Source of the DNA: a virus
Virus record (IMG/VR): IMGVR_UViG_3300035698_012962
Location: 64,001-128,000 of that record
DNA length: 64,000 nt
Direction: 5' to 3' (one strand)
Position 1 is the stretch's first letter; each line of letters begins with the position of its first letter. The translations under genes and the position numbers were made by a program. Shown here one piece after another: positions 63,560 through 64,000 of this stretch. The notes below the pieces were generated by a model. The model searched no databases and had not been told where the DNA came from. It saw only the letters and a program-made list of their open reading frames with translations.

Positions 63560-63622
63560 TTGGATTAGGTTATCATTAACTCAACACTTATAATGTAGTG
63601 ATTAATTTACTTAATGTCAAGT
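63560..63622 (-). repeat. Early promoter-leader repeat, copy 7
   Basis: Identical to 50926-50988. Confidence 0.92.
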
Positions 63623-63860
63623 TCCTTATTTAATTTTCTTGTTCATATCCAACCCATTCATACGCCCGTTCTCTTAGTAACTCTGGATGTTGGTTCGGAT
63701 GTCTACCTACTAAGATTCCAAACAGTTCATTTGCATCTTCTTCGTTGTCGTGATCCATCTCCCATGAACGGAAGTTTGCTTTTAAATCATCAGTAAAATG
63801 TGATTGTGTTTTCATAATTGTTTTATTTAAGTGAATCCTGTTTTGAAATTGGTTTTTACT

Positions 63861-64000
63861 TTAGAATAATTTGCTATTGTCGAATCCTATTTCTTCATTG
63901 TCTCCTATTACGACACCATCTCCGATTTTGGAATTGTATCCTATTTCGGTATAATCTCCTATTACGACACCATCCCCTATTTCGCTATAGGCTCCTATTT
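63861..64000 (-). CDS. C-terminus of a hexapeptide-repeat (left-handed beta-helix) protein, partial
   Basis: IGAYSE-IGDGVV-IGDYTE-IGYNSK-IGDGVV-IGDNEE-IGFDNSKLF*. Confidence 0.75.
   Translation of the reverse strand, partial: IGAYSEIGDGVVIGDYTEIGYNSKIGDGVVIGDNEEIGFDNSKLF

Larger units (their letters stand above)
55419..63815 (-). other. Array of about 25 short hypothetical early genes
   Basis: Co-oriented 60-210 aa ORFs with overlapping stop/start codons and no recognisable enzyme motifs apart from those listed. Confidence 0.7.

Noticed and set aside
34433-63622. Promoter-leader repeats or the 22-bp tandem read as a CRISPR array or attC sites
   Set aside because: The repeats are 0.3-16 kb apart and contain -35/-10 boxes, the tandem has no spacers, and no cas or integrase gene is in the window.
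2376-63796. All plus-strand ORFs in the track
   Set aside because: They are short antisense shadows of minus-strand genes, with no motifs or plus-strand promoters.
1-64000. Genome-wide stop-codon reassignment
   Set aside because: Long genes are uninterrupted in code 11, and TAA, TGA and TAG all end genes at tight junctions.
1-64000. tRNA or rRNA genes
   Set aside because: No cloverleaf or T-loop in a GC-rich intergenic context was seen by eye; tRNAscan-SE would confirm.

Overview
A 64-kb segment of a large, AT-rich, myovirus-type (jumbo-like) bacteriophage genome, with essentially all genes on the minus strand. Positions 1-15.7 kb hold a virion/baseplate module (gp25-like and gp6-like wedge proteins, a 1518-aa LamG-containing protein, a probable spike/hub protein) and a gp55-like late sigma factor. 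Positions 16-64 kb are an accessory/early region: peptide deformylase, thymidylate synthase, two RNA ligases, a Thg1-like protein, MnmA, DNA ligase, a helicase-MTase pair, an EcoRI-family MTase, a TonB-receptor/PnuC/NadR cassette, nucleases, a holin, a lone receiver domain and about 60 small hypothetical genes. The non-coding sequence is highly structured. There are 17 TTGAC(A/T)/TTGAAA-N17-TAYRHT-like promoters, seven of them followed by an invariant 15-nt leader element, and a TA(T/C)TTATA motif precedes late-type genes. An ORF-poor promoter-to-terminator unit at about 21060-21163 could make a ~70-nt RNA whose unpaired seed (AUUAGGUUA) is complementary to a motif just upstream of the start codons of at least six early genes; this is a candidate undescribed sRNA regulon. 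At least 8 small accessory genes carry single frameshifts or nonsense codons, while the long genes are intact. All calls come from manual reading of motifs; no database searches were run.
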